Below are positions 1 through 12,978 of a stretch of DNA of 64,000 nucleotides, piece by piece. The stretch's first letter is position 1; every line of letters begins with the position of its first letter. The DNA comes from Octopus vulgaris (Eukaryota). The notes under the pieces were generated by a model. It did no database searches and was not told where the DNA came from. It saw only the letters and a list, made by a program, of their open reading frames with translations. The stretch is taken from assembly GCA_951406725.2 (NCBI GenBank), contig OX597819.1:68944001-69008000 (forward strand). The letters run 5' to 3'. The position numbers were made by a program, and so were the translations under genes.

Positions 1-671
1 TTGTCCCTGTGCAATTGTAGTAAATGTCACCTCTGCCCATTTCATGCGACTGGGAATACTCCACCTTCGCCGTCACATCCAGTTTATATACGCAAATAGA
101 CTTCATGCTTCTCATTGAACAGCTTTTGAATATGCTTTTCGTTGACATCGAAGTAGTGTTGGTATTTACGTGTGTTCTGGCCAAGATGAGAGTGTGCACA
201 TTTGTACAGCCCTCCTCTGCGCACGACACAGCTCTCTTCGCTTCCCTTTGGATCACACATTCATAATTTCGTTGGGGATATTTTCGCCGCTTTACTTTCC
301 TTCTAAACCACTCATTTCATTGGCTTCAGGTACCAGTAACCTATATGAATAGTCACACGCATCTCTATAAACAAGGTTGATTAAAAGACAGTAAATAAAA
401 ACCATTTAATTCCAAGATTTGTTTATTTTTAACAAATGAATGAATTTAATAAAAGCATCTAAATACGAAACATCATGGAAATTGTTCAAACCAAAGTCCT
501 TCTTGTGCGACACCATTTTTCCAAATGAATAAATAAAATTGAATATTAGGTATTTATTGAACTCGATTTGCTGTCGGGTGACATTTGGCCGACCCTGTAT
601 ATCTTTACCAACGTACTTTGCCTATGGCGCTACGTTCAATTTCTCTCTCATTCTATCTTTCTTTCTTTTCT

Positions 672-884
672 TCTCTTTTACTTGTTTTAGATATTTTGAC
701 TGCGGCCATGTTGGTGCACCACCTTTAGTCGAGCAAATTGACCTCAGGAATTCTTCTCTGTAAACCTAGTACTTATTCTATCGTTATGTTTTGCCGAACG
801 GCTAAGTTACGGGACGTAAACACACCAACATCGGTTGTCAAGCGATATTGGGACACACACACACACGAAAATATATATACATAT

Positions 885-923
<39 letters not shown>

Positions 924-1083
924 CGACGGACTTTCAGTTTTCGTCTACGAAATCCACTCTCAAGTCTTTGGTCGACCCGAGGGTATACTAGAAGACACTT
1001 GCCCAATGTGCCACGCAGTGGGACTGAACCCGAAACCATGTGGTTGGTAAGCAAGGTACTTACGACACAACCACTCCTGTGCC
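672..1083 (-). mobile_element. SINE family 1: tRNA-derived head, CORE-like domain, internal (TA/TG)n, 3' tail
   Basis: Minus strand starts GGCACAGGAGTGG...GGTTTCGGGTTCAGTCCC (A/B box-like), then GGCACATTGGGCAAGTG (CORE-like); closely similar to copies at 6243, 16188, 17719, 19449. Confidence 0.9.
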
Positions 1084-2247
1084 TATGTATATTTTCAGTA
1101 TAGCCTTATTTACCGTTTTCCACTAGTTCTTAATAAATGTGTTCTCAGTTTGATGACAAATGTTTGCTTCCTTCTAAGAACCGTTGTGAGCTATTCTGAG
1201 AATATTACCCCGAGTTGCTTTCTAAGATTCAGATAGGTATTTTGTCACTATGTACAATTTGTCCAAAAAGCCTCACGGCAGTGAGTTATTTTCATCATGG
1301 CACTACTTCAAGAGTTTTTCGGTGAAAGGATAATTTTAAAGGGACTTTGGCCACTAAGATGACCTGATTAAACACCGCCAGATTTTTTCTGGTGAGGATC
1401 AGTGTACAAGAATCGCCCGAAAACATTTAAATACTTACTGCGGAGAGACTTTTGAACAGCCTGTATTATAAGAGTTTTGGTATGAATCTCATTAAGAAGT
1501 GAGTTATTTGTTATACTATTTTCAACATTTGCCACTGAGATAGCTTCCGACATTTTGTGTTTGAGTTGTAGATATCCTTATCTAAGAATTTTGAGAATAT
1601 ACGCATTTTCTTTCCTCAATATTGAGCCTCTGTGATTATAAATTTGTTGATAAATATTAAGATACTGCTTTTATCTGGACATTGCTATTGATGTTACAAT
1701 TTCAAAGCAACAGTGATATCGGTATCAATTTCCATTGAGTCTATCATTTGCACAATTCGACTTATAAAATTATTTTTGTTATTTATTCATCATATTTTTT
1801 TTAATTTTCAGATTTTATTCATTGACATTGATAGTCCAAAGAAAGTTCTAACAATATTAATTATTTAATCCTTTTCACATTCAATTTAAATATTATATTC
1901 CAGTTTAGTAACTTTTGATGTTTATGCCTTCAGATCTAACTCGCATTCATTTGTGTTTGAATGTTTGTGAGGGATTTCTTATCTGAACCTCTTGTTAAAA
2001 ATATTATAGAATGCATATATAAATGTATACATACATACATGCACACACGCACGCACACACACACATACATATATGTACGTGTTATAATTCATATGTGTGT
2101 GTGTATGTGTTTATACATATGTATATCTATCTATCTATCTATATATATATTGATAAAACGGTAAGATAACAAAAGAAAGAGACCTCAATATTATGTAAAT
2201 AGAGGAAATTTATCTATACAATAATATGTTACTTTACTCGGTAGTCA

Positions 2248-2310
2248 AGATAAAACTCTGAGTTTCAGATGCCGAAGTGGAAATCCACAACACCATCTCT
2301 TCGGTTATCT
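2248..2310 (-). ncRNA. Hammerhead-like motif (U4C core variant), inverted copy
   Basis: Reverse complement of 3161-3223. Confidence 0.55.
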
Positions 2311-2502
2311 GGCTATTTGAAAAGGCTATGAAAAAATACCGTTAAATAAAGGGAAATTACTGTGTTATAACTCTGCTTGCCTGCGTACTTATACATCGCT
2401 CGCATTTTTCGTCATAAAAATTATATAAAAATACATAAAAAATATATAAAAATATATAAAAATATATCAAATCTTCTTGGGACATAACATAGAAAGCATG
2501 TT

Positions 2503-3110
2503 CTATCTGTTTTCTTTAGGGGACCAAAAACGTAACAGAAATTTAGTCACATGTGGGCATGATCCGAAAAGTTCTGTCCTTGTATTTAGACATGTAGTAG
2601 GGTCTAAGCTGCTTTTCCAGATAAGCCATCTCTCCATGTCGCATAGACCGCACCTTCCGCTGCCGTTGGTATAGGGCTTACATCTGGCCAAAATCTTCCA
2701 TTGTATGTTATAATCGACACCTTTATATCTTAAAGACCAAATATGATTAGCTAATTGTGTCGCTTTTCTTTTGTTCCAGTGCCTAAAGCTCAAAGTGTGG
2801 TTATTGAACCTGGCCTTGAAATTACCCTCTGTAAGGCCCACGTATTTCTTCGTCGAAACGGTGTCTTTAGTGGTTATAGAGTTTACGGTAGCTTCATATA
2901 TGATGGTCTTGGACATGCAAGCTCCATTTAGCAGGCTCGATTCTTTATTCCTGCATGAACAGCTGTTTTCTTGTTGTGTTTTTTGTATGTTATGTTTGAT
3001 TATGTTTTTAAAATTGGTAGTTGAACTAAAACTAATTTTTAAATTGTGTCTATTGAAGAGTTTCCTATAAGTATGGTTAACTGGAAAATGTCTATCTATC
3101 AGTGCTAGGA
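2503..3110 (-). pseudogene. GIY-YIG endonuclease C-terminal fragment of a PLE
   Basis: Frame extends upstream of the track ORF through NSCSCRNKESSLLNGACMSKT; the rest of the protein is lost at the inversion junction. Confidence 0.85.
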
Positions 3111-3160
3111 AAAATTTCCCTTTATTTAACGGTATTTTTTCATAGCCTTTTCAAATAGCC

Positions 3161-3223
3161 AGATAACCGAAGAGATGGTGTTGTGGATTTCCACTTCGGC
3201 ATCTGAAACTCAGAGTTTTATCT
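3161..3223 (+). ncRNA. Hammerhead-like motif (U4C core variant)
   Basis: AGATAA-CCGAAGA-GATG..GTGG attt CCAC..CATC-T-GAAA-CTC a GAG-TT-TTATCT; helix I AGATAA/TTATCT. Confidence 0.55.
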
Positions 3224-3248
3224 TGACTACCGAGTAAAATAAAATATT

Positions 3249-3300
<52 letters not shown>

Positions 3301-3374
3301 CATTACGTTGTACGCATACACAACTCACACTCACGCACACACACACACACATACACACGCATATAAATATATAT

Positions 3375-3425
<51 letters not shown>

Positions 3426-3457
3426 CATATATACATACATACACGCATACACACACA

Positions 3458-4330
3458 CAGAGTGCGATGGGTAACGTTTCCCCATATAGTGTTTTAAGTA
3501 ACACATACAGATTTATTGAGAGTGGATTTTGTTGACTGCACAGTAGAGTGCGGTCAGTTCGGCACCGTCTGTAAGAGAACCGCAGCATGACGCAATTCAC
3601 TCTTCCAGAAATTTGGAAATTACATTCTGTACTGCTTGGCATGCGCGCCGTGAGCTCCAATACGAACATTTCAGAGTGTTGGATGCCAATCTGAGTCCCC
3701 AAAAGATGTACCTAGAGTGATGAAAATCAAACATCCAGTCAATATCATGGCATTTCGAGTGATCACTACCGATGGCAACGTTATGCCTCTATTCATCTTC
3801 CCACACGGTGTCACACTCAACAGCGAGGCCTACATCGAGTGCCTGAAAGAGGTAGTAGTGCCCTGGTTTAATAGGGTGGGTACTGGAAGACTTTATGTCT
3901 GGCAACAGGGCTCTGCACTATGTCCTACAAGCAGAAGAACCCAGTTATGGCTGTCAGACAATTTCTGAAACTACACCACCCCTAATATTTGGCGACCTAG
4001 CTCCTCAGACTGGAACCCCCTTGATTATTATGTGTAGACCGCAGCTGAGCGTGTGACCACCAAAATTCTTTGAAGCATCGAAGATGAACTGAAGGCAAGG
4101 ATTATGACAGCATTCACCAACTTAAACAAGGAGACCAACCAGAAGAGCTGTAGGAAATTTTAAAGTAGTCTGGAAGCCCTAGTTAAAGCTAATGGTGATT
4201 TTATTTAACAAATTTACTATTTACTATTTAAAGATTTTTTAATGTAATTTTGGTAACTATATCTGTTAAAATGAGATGTCAGTGTTATTTTCATTCTTGC
4301 ATAATTCAGACGACAACATATTCACTGCAC

Positions 4331-4333
<3 letters not shown>
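3458..4333 (+). mobile_element. Decayed, internally deleted Tc1/mariner (maT/DD37D-like)
   Basis: ORF 3717-3968 ...YVWQQGSA...WLSDNF, continuing past a stop into NIWRPSSSDWNPLDYYV; spacing fits DD37D; CAG(A/G)GTGC-like termini. Confidence 0.8.
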
Positions 4334-4397
<64 letters not shown>

Positions 4398-4445
4398 GTG
4401 TGGGTGTGGGGTGGACGTGTGTTTATGTGTGTGTGTGTGTGTGTA
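4333..4445. repeat. (TG)n microsatellite
   Basis: Direct observation. Confidence 0.95.
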
Positions 4446-4686
4446 CATACCGGGTTTTCAGAAAGAAAATTCGACCGGCTAATTCGTACATTACAAGTGC
4501 AATCTGTGAGTGGTACGGTGAAAATATACAAGATTTTTCTCAAGTTCCAAATGTGAATTTGCCTGTATTATCTATAGCTCAAAGATGGAGCCTTGTACCT
4601 ATGCTGGAAACCGTCTCTTTACTCTGTGGAAGATTTATAACGATTAAAAAATAGAAGAGACATGCATACATACATACATACATACA

Positions 4687-4751
<65 letters not shown>

Positions 4752-6242
4752 ATGAATAGGGATCTGGGCAGCACACTTTGAAGTATTCAAATATAATCCA
4801 TGTTCTGGTTAACCACATCGAATGATATGTAGCAACGGGAATTTTTTTAAGGTAAACAATTACACGGTATTTCAACCGGGGGATAAATCCAGAAAGCTTT
4901 TGTTTAGATATATTACAGTAAAAAGAATGTATATTCGAGACAATAAACATAAGAATGGGGCATTATTCATCCTCAAAGCTCCTTTATTACAGAACTATAT
5001 AAAATACATTCATTTGAAGCTCAGTCCAACACGTGTTTCTACTGCGTAGATAGTCAAAGACGTGCTATCCTGTTGGTTTAATTGCATGATATGTTCATCC
5101 AGGTTATACGTATCCATGCAGCTTTCTAAGCAAACTGAAGTGATCGGTGTTTGATAGTGTTATTCTACACATAATTTTGGTGGGCGTTTATGTGTGTTTA
5201 ATTTAGAACATGACAGAATTTGTTGTGAAATATAATTTCTCAACTAAAGTATGTTATAATTTAAGCCTTTATATTGCGTTATGCTATAGCACCAGTTTCA
5301 CCTAGGATTCCTCCTGAAATTCGTTTGTGTTTTTCTTAAATCTTCAGTGTTTGTATACTTGTAGCATTCAATTGTGTGTTTTCGTCTTTTAAAAATTTTA
5401 CCTACCCTAAAACTACGCATTTTCCTTTAAATAAGCATAATTTTCAATTAATCTATTTGTTATTTATGAAAAGCGGGCAATATATTTTTCTCGTACATTA
5501 TTAGTATATTTTGAGGTACTAAGTATATTTTTTTCATTGGTTCTTAATTTATTCAATAATAACAGCTTTTTCTCTTTTTCTTCTAGCAAGCGTCTACAAA
5601 CACAGTCGCAGTCGTAGTTTTGTTGGCTTCCTCGAACACAGAATACAGTCTTCTGTTTTGTTCATATTTCTGTTGTTAATTGGATTAATTTCAATTATTC
5701 TTCACAATATGAGCTTCTAGTCTTACAGTAAATGTTACATAATACTATTGTAGATGCAAAAGACCGGAATTCACTTTCTTCTTTTTGTTTTTGGAGAAAA
5801 ATTTTCTTGGATGAACAGTTAGTCTTATTATACTATGCGTTTATTTATTCCATTTTGCACACGCACGCATGCGCAAATTTCTGTGTGTGTGTGTTGATAA
5901 CTTCAGTCCTTTTTATTTTCTGGATTTTTTTTTATATTTAGGAATGGAATTACCACTGTTGTTTGAATGCGCATGCGTAGTTGCTCTCATTTCGCAATCT
6001 GTAACTTAATCACTACAAGACTTTACATTACTAAGCAGATTATTACAGATCATAACAAAAATTCGAACGATTATCAGTTCATTTCAAAAGGTAAACAATG
6101 CAGAGAATCCAGTAGATCATTATATATGTGTGCGGGAGTGTGTGTGTGTGTGATTGTGTGTGCGTGTACGCGTGTGTGTGTGTGAGTGTGTGTGTGTGTG
6201 TGTATGTTTGTTTTGTATTTATCGCCGAAAATATACAGACAC

Positions 6243-6450
6243 TTTTACTCTTTTACTTGTTTCAGTCATTTGATTGCGGTCATGCTGGAGCACCGCCTTT
6301 AGTCGAACAAATCGACCCCAGGACTTATTCTTTGTAAGCCTAGTACTTATTCTATCGCTCTCTTTTGCCGAACCGCTAGGTCACTGGGACGTAAACACAC
6401 CCGCTTCGCTTGTCAAGCGATGTTGGGGGGAAAAACACAGACACACAAAT

Positions 6451-6510
<60 letters not shown>

Positions 6511-6666
6511 GACGGGCTGTTTTTAGTTTCCGTCTACCAAGTCCACACACAAGGCTTTGGTCGGCCCGAGGCTATAGTAGAAGACACTTACCCAAGGTGC
6601 CACGCAGTGGGACTGAACCCGGAACCATGTGGTTGGTAAGCAAGCTACTTACCACACATCCACTCT
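6243..6666 (-). mobile_element. SINE family 1
   Basis: Same head, CORE, microsatellite and tail as 672-1083. Confidence 0.9.
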
Positions 6667-7269
6667 TTACTATCATCAATGTATACAAGTATATAATGTA
6701 TACTATGTATACAAGCTAACAAGACGGGTATAAAAATATTCCCTGCTTCCTCGGCTGACTGAAGCAAGAAAACATCAAAAGTGTGTATATGTACAACGAA
6801 AGCACATGGCCTAAGGGATTGGGTGTCGCGGTCTTGATCTCGTAAGATAGTTGTATCGCGTTCAGGACAGGACGGTGCGTTGGATTTCGGAACAAACAAT
6901 TCATTTCACGTTGTTCTAATTCAGCCAGTTGTAAATAATTTCCTGCAATTTGTGGGAAGTTAAACCTGCGAAGGACCGACGCCCCGTTCAAAGTGTAGTG
7001 TTGTAATTTAAATCCCTTATATGCCATTGATACCGGGTTATAGTTGATGTACAAGTCCCCAACTTAGCCAAGTTTAAGTTAAGGACATATACATCATAGA
7101 GTAGTAATTAATGTTGGTTTGAAATTGCCCCACCCAGTTGTAAATGAGTCCACCCTGTTATCAATGTTGAGAACTACAATATCACATTTTTTGCATATTT
7201 ATAAGACAATTGTTGTTATACTTTTGTCTCGAGAGACAATGGAGTTGCGCATAAAATAATCTAGTCTGG

Positions 7270-8065
7270 CCTTTACATTTCATGTCCTTATACATCTCCT
7301 GCTGTGGTTGCGTAGTCCTATCCTGGACAAACACTCCCTCTGGCAGGTGACGCAGGGGTAGCAAAGACTTTGCCTGGCTGGTTGTAATGTCATAGTTTCT
7401 TGTTGTCGTCTTAACCTGTCTTTCCATTTCTCCTCTCTCCTTCTGTCACTCCTTTGTCTTGCCTCTTCTATCATGCATAGCCAATCTCCACAGTGGCTGG
7501 CAACCTCTTCCTAGCTGCTAATATTGATGTCACACGTTCGGATGCCTTCTACTCAACTCTCATCGCTACTCTGCTCTAGTCTGAAATCTGACGCCTAGGC
7601 TTCTCCCACTATATATACGAATTGGGCTAGCCTACTTCATCGTCTGGGACGTCCACACAACAGCATGCTTTCATGTCCCTTTTTCAGACATCATTGTACT
7701 GTAAGAACGGTCCTCCAACTGACCTAGTGCCCCTAGCAAGCTCTCCGTAGATTATGTCCTTGGGGATTCTGCCATTTTCCATACGACTAAAACGTCCGAG
7801 CCATCTCATACGTATTCGTGTGAGGAGTGCAAGCATGCTTGGTATTCCTGCTTGCTTGAGGACACCTTTGTTGGGGACACGATCCTGCCATTTCATGCCA
7901 AGCATTTTCCCGAAACAGCGGAGGTAAAAGATATTTAGGTGACGTTCTTGGCGTGTGTATGGCGTGTGTAGCTCTCACTCAGATACAGTAGAGTGCTAAG
8001 TACACATGCCTAGTAAATCTTCATTTTTGTGGTCTTCGTCAGCTTGTTGGTCCCCAAGCTGGTAC
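7270..8065 (-). mobile_element. RTE-clade LINE 3' fragment (decayed)
   Basis: WQDRVPN..VL...RMRWLGR.SRMENGRIPKDIIYGEL and C-terminal C2H-type finger CVTCQRECLSRIGLRNHSRRC. Confidence 0.85.
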
Positions 8066-9319
8066 TAAACGTAATGCTCTGTTATAAGACAATACTACAC
8101 GCTATATTATATGAGTGAATATGACATTATTCTATATGATCGTTGTTGGTTACTGTATTCCTGAAAACATAGTAGGTAGTCATTCATTATACTGCATGCT
8201 TTTTTCAGCTTCAAAGATAGTCATGAACAGTTAACTGTACATTCTGCTACACAGCGTGACATAATCGATTATACACATAAAAAGTAAACCAATATTGCAG
8301 TTGTAGAATAATAGTTTAGTTGTGAAGATGAAAGCCTGCACAATTTCTAGATTAAATTGATTTGGTTTTATGCTCGTATCCTAAGATATTATTAATACAA
8401 ATCAACATTTATTATATATCCAAATACTGTTATATATAATAGATCGAATCCGTAGTTTCTTAATTTATATGAGTTAACCATTGATAACCACTCATTAGAA
8501 GTAGAATTTTTTATGGCTTAGTTGTAGAAATGCTGACGTATAACTTAAAAGAAATATATAATATTATTTAATATAATGCCAAGGGTATACAAGCAATTGC
8601 TATATTCTTTTTGTATATATGTCAAGCAGGTAGCAATGTTATATGTCAAAGTCTTCTTTCGAGATTTCCTGTGCGAAACATTCCCCTAAAGCTACAGATT
8701 ATTTGGCAGCTTGTTCACAAATCCCATTGTCAACACAGTTTAATATACTTGTGGAGTGCCCACTTACAGTCAACTTTAACAGAACGATCCAATAATGCAA
8801 CTTTACTTTCAAGATATCGAAGTGCCGTGGAAACGATTGTACGCTTTATCAAATTATCGGTTGGGGAATTCATATGGTACCCCGATTATTAACTTAGCCA
8901 CTTTATTGGCTTATACTGGAAAAGGTCTACGGCTTATAGAAGGAAATTATTCGAGACTTTAGATTAATTCGATATTATGGAACAATAGAAATGATAACTA
9001 CCGCAGTTTGTTTTTAACAATTTTATTCTAAGCTATAGTTTATAGCCGAGATTGGCAGAGAAGATGGCGCAATAGACAAAAAGTCAGAAAATCGATGGAA
9101 TTTCTATTATGTTATTACTATAGCCTGGTTGTTGTGTTTCTTTTTTATTCAGACAAGACGCATTGCATACAATAGCCTAGTCAGCCTAGCTGTAAATAGC
9201 AACAACAATATCCGAAAACTATTTTATTATATGCAGCAGGTGAAATCTGGTTATGTGACAGGTATCTCTGCAGTAGAAAGTTCATTATAATCAAAGTAAT
9301 TCTTTCCAATATTTGGAGA

Positions 9320-9500
9320 AAGGGCCAGCAATTTTCATGAGCTAGTTGATTATTTCAAACCCAAGAGCTCAAGTGATGCTTATTTTAGGTTGAAAGACAA
9401 AGTGGACATCGGAGGAATTTTAAATAAGAACGTAAAGCCGGGCAAAATACCTCAACGAATTTTGTACGGCATGCTAACGGCTCTACCATCTCGCTGCCTC
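9320..9500 (-). mobile_element. SINE family 2, degenerate
   Basis: Similar to the reverse complement of 32239-32452. Confidence 0.55.
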
Positions 9501-9504
9501 ACAT

Positions 9505-10022
9505 TGGAGACTGAGCGAAAAGTGAGGTCTAGAGAGAGGTTATACGGGGTGTGATCACAAACCGCAGAGAGTGGCGGAGTCGGAAACTGGCAAAATCCAT
9601 TGTGATTTCTCTATCCAAACACCCCAGGTGCTAGAGCACAACAGACGGACGTAGTGGTGGGGGACAAGATGCATCACATATGGTATATAGTTGATGTTGC
9701 AAGTCCCATTGACCCACGAATGGTCAAGAAGGAGGGCGGAAAAATAGACGAAAGAGCCCGGCTATGGAAAATGAAGAAGGTGACGACAGTGCCGATTATT
9801 GTTGGCTACTTGAGGACGGTATGAGAAGGCATCAAGAAGAATATCAAGGAAATTGTGATAGTGTCCCTAGTAGAACGGTTACAAAAGTTTTGCCGCCTTG
9901 TCTTGGTCAAAACAATCAGGATAGCTAAAACGAACGGATAGCATGGTACCGTAGGCTGCAGGTAGTAAGTCCGCTACGCATGCAAAACTCCAGGAGTTGC
10001 AAAAAACCTGCGATAAAAAGAA
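9505..10022 (+). mobile_element. R4/Dong-type LINE 3' fragment (restriction-like endonuclease)
   Basis: Manual translation DHKPQRVAESETGKI..DFSIQT..VLEHNR.DVVV.DK...IVDVASP...VPIIVG; ends at a TAA-rich tract. Confidence 0.8.
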
Positions 10023-10049
10023 ATAATAATGATTATAATAATAATAGTA

Positions 10050-10972
10050 ATGAGGAGCGATGGAACCAGAAGCCTCTGCATGGATAGTGTATACTTCGAA
10101 GTCGAAATGCTGATGTAGATCAAGAAACAACCTATGAGGGGTTGAGAAGTTCAGGACCGAAAGCAGAGACTGAAGCTTTCTGATTGGCGGCACAATACCA
10201 ATGCTTGCTCAAAAAAAAAAAACTACCTGGCTAGTGTCCTTCAAAACAGTTCTGACCCTAAATGCAGATTCTGCGACACATTTGATGAAACAACAGACCA
10301 TCCCGTCTCGAGATGTCCTGTACTGACAAACAAATATAAATGTCGACACGATAGGGTAGGACAGTATTTATATTGGAAAATATGTAAACGCTACAAAATC
10401 AGCACTCCTACTTACTGGTACAAACATCGTCCTCAGCCAGTCGTTGAAGAAAAAGATGTCACTATCCATTAGGACTTTCCAGTCAACACTGACAGAACCA
10501 TCCAGGCTAATCGACTAGACATTATTATTAAAGACAGGAATGAAAATACTTGTACACTAATAAATGTGTTCCTCCAGATAAAAACATATCTGTCAAAGAA
10601 TGTGACAAACTTAGTAAATATAATGGACTGGAAATTGAAATAAAAGATATGTGACATCTTAAAACGAGAACTGTTCTTGTTGTTGTTGGTGCCCTAGGTA
10701 TGATAAAAAAGGGATGTTAGAAACATCTAGATAAGTTCCCAGGAGAACCATGTCTCAGAGAAATATAAAAAGATTGTGTTAACAAGTACTGCCTACATCC
10801 TTACAAAACCCTTTCCAATAAAATGTCTGCGTTGTATTACATGAAGATATTTCGCTACACCCCTTCCCAAGCGTTCTGTTATAGTGTAACATCTCTTAGT
10901 CTTCACTCACCCCAGGACGCTAGGTGTGTCTTGGCAGTGACTGTAATAAAAATGCAGATTAAAAGTAAAAAT
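10050..10972 (+). mobile_element. Second R4/Dong-type LINE 3' fragment
   Basis: Manual translation WNQKPLHG...AETEAF.LAAQ...CRFCDTFDETTDH..S.C...RHDRVGQYLYWKIC...DFPVNTDRTIQANRLDI...K.SKY...VVVGALG, with stops. Confidence 0.85.
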
Positions 10973-11438
10973 AACAAAAGCACTCAGAGAGTGCAAACTT
11001 CCGCGAAGACAACATCAACGTCCTCTCAATGATTACCCTAAGATGATTTTTAAAATGAGAATATTTGAAATAAACTCGACTGCTCTCAAAATTAAATAAA
11101 AATAAAAACGGAAAAAACAATCCAGAATCCTTCTCTGGTACCAGATGGAATCTCTTAAGGAAGTCATGAAATGTAAAGGTGGTTGGAGAAAATTTTGTAA
11201 TAAATATTTTATCCTTATCTTAGACAGGCCAAAGTTAAGAAATGCACCATTCAAAATAGTTTCAAAGGCGGAACTGATAATATTAAGTTCTACTGAGGAA
11301 TTTTTAAATGAATACCATGAGAACTTTAGGTTTTCTCTTTTCTTAAATTCTAGCCATCCTTTAGTATTCATGTTGTTTTAGATCGATGTATAGATGTATA
11401 TATGTAAGTATACTGTAAACTGTTAATAGGTATGTATA

Positions 11439-11469
<31 letters not shown>

Positions 11470-11888
11470 CTTATGATAATATATCATAAAAGTATGTTAG
11501 TGCTATTCAATTCAGAATGGTTTTTGCTGTCGTTTGTTTATGTTGCTTAATTCTTTATCCATCAGTTTCTACTAAGATCGAGAAGGGAGTAAAATTTATA
11601 ATAGTGAAACGAAAATAAAACTTTGGAAACAGCCTAAAGAGAGGTAATTAAGAAAGACTTGAAAGTGAACTTAAGATCGTAATCACGTAAATTAAATGTA
11701 ACAAATGATACAGCATCCTAGTCCTGTACCTGATCAGTCCCCAAATCTAATCAGTTCGTCGTGCCAGTCACAAGGCCAAACAACCCTGAAAGTTTCATCC
11801 GAATCCATCCAGCGGTTCTTGAGATATCTTGTCCACAGACAAACACGACTGAAAACAATACCTCCGTCTTCGCTAAGAAGGAGGTAAT
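10972..11888. mobile_element. Non-autonomous Helentron/DINE-like element with ~550 bp intervening sequence
   Basis: Left end AACAAAAGCACTCAGAGAGTGCAAACTTCCGCGAAG; right-end hairpin ACCTCC..TTCGCTAAGAAGGAGGTAA; internal AAGTTTCATCCGAATCCATCCAGCGGTTCTTGAGATATC resembles HINE cores. Confidence 0.6.
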
Positions 11889-11907
11889 AATAATAATAAT
11901 AATGATA

Positions 11908-12110
11908 AACCTTTCTAATCAAGGCACAAGGCCTGAAATTTTAGGGGAGGCAATTAGTAGATTACACCGACGCCATTGTTTTACTGATACTTGTGTTATC
12001 GATGAAAGGAAAAGTCGAGTGCGGTGGAATTGGAGCTCACATATTCAAAAGGTAGAAGGTTCACCATTCGGTATTATGCCCAACGATACTTGTCAGCTGC
12101 CTACCTTATT
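11908..12110 (-). mobile_element. SINE family 2, degenerate
   Basis: AGGCACAAGGCCTGAAATTTT tail shared with the 32239 copy. Confidence 0.65.
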
Positions 12111-12436
12111 ATAGATCGGCAGCAACTCCAACATAACACCTCAGCAGTTTTCCTAAATTTTTCTCAACTAATTTGACATATAGGCGCAGGAGGGGAACCA
12201 AGGCGCAGGAATGTTATTAAGGTGCAGGCGAGGTATACACAGCCGCATGGATGGCTGGATGGCAAGAAATTTGTTTCCCAACAATATGGTTCCTGATTCA
12301 GTACCACTGCTTGGCACCTTGGGCAAGTGTTTTCTTCTATAGCCTCACGCCAACCAAAGCCATTTGAGTTGATCTGACAGATTGAATCTGAAAGAAGCCC
12401 ATCATATCTTAGATACATATATATATATATATATAC

Positions 12437-12909
12437 AGATGTCTTTCTGGGGCTACAATCTACAGTAGCATCAACCCTTATGGGTTAGTCACATTAAGTG
12501 ACAAATATACTTCACGATGTCGTGCGGCTACTGTTTATAACTCACTCAGAAATTTATTATTGCTTGTTTCCACTTTTTCAAGATCAGTGACTTTTCGTCA
12601 ATGGAGAAAGTATATATATTTACATTGAGAATCACTTCCCATCGGCAACCGCTGGTTGTCACACGCTGATAACGGGTCAATAAGCAGAAACTCGGGTCCG
12701 TGTGCATCACGTCAGGCTGCAGATGGGAACGATGACTTCCCTTTGCAAATACCGATAGAGCACAGATAGTGAGTGAATAGCTAGCTGGAGATGTGTTCCT
12801 GGGGCTACAAGCTACAGTAGTATCAACCCTTAAGGGCTAGCCACATTTAGGTGGCAAATATGCTTCACGATGTCGTGCAGCTACTGTTTATACCTTGCTC
12901 AGAGATTTA

Positions 12910-12910
<1 letters not shown>
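12437..12910 (+). mobile_element. Non-coding 352-nt-period element (1.3 units) carrying a hammerhead; retrozyme-like
   Basis: Direct repeats 12437-12557 and 12789-12909; HHR motif between them. Confidence 0.75.
12660..12704 (+). ncRNA. Minimal hammerhead ribozyme motif (partly decayed)
   Basis: CACACG-CTGATAA-(14 nt)-GAAA-CTCGGG-TC-CGTGTG: 6-bp helix I, near-palindromic helix III, GUC triplet. Confidence 0.65.

Positions 12911-12978
<68 letters not shown>

Larger units (their letters stand above)
2150..3240 (-). mobile_element. 5'-truncated Penelope-like element (Naiad-like GIY-YIG end) with ~125-bp inverted duplication, between (TA)n tracts
   Basis: Minus ORF 2503-2916 has IYEA...YVGLTEGNFKARFNNH...CGLC..E...LN.R.E...CPH; 2233-2358 is the reverse complement of 3113-3238. 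Confidence 0.88.

Noticed and set aside
11033-11381. Gene captured by the Helentron-like element
   Set aside because: Overlapping ORFs on both strands in AT-rich sequence, with no recognisable motif
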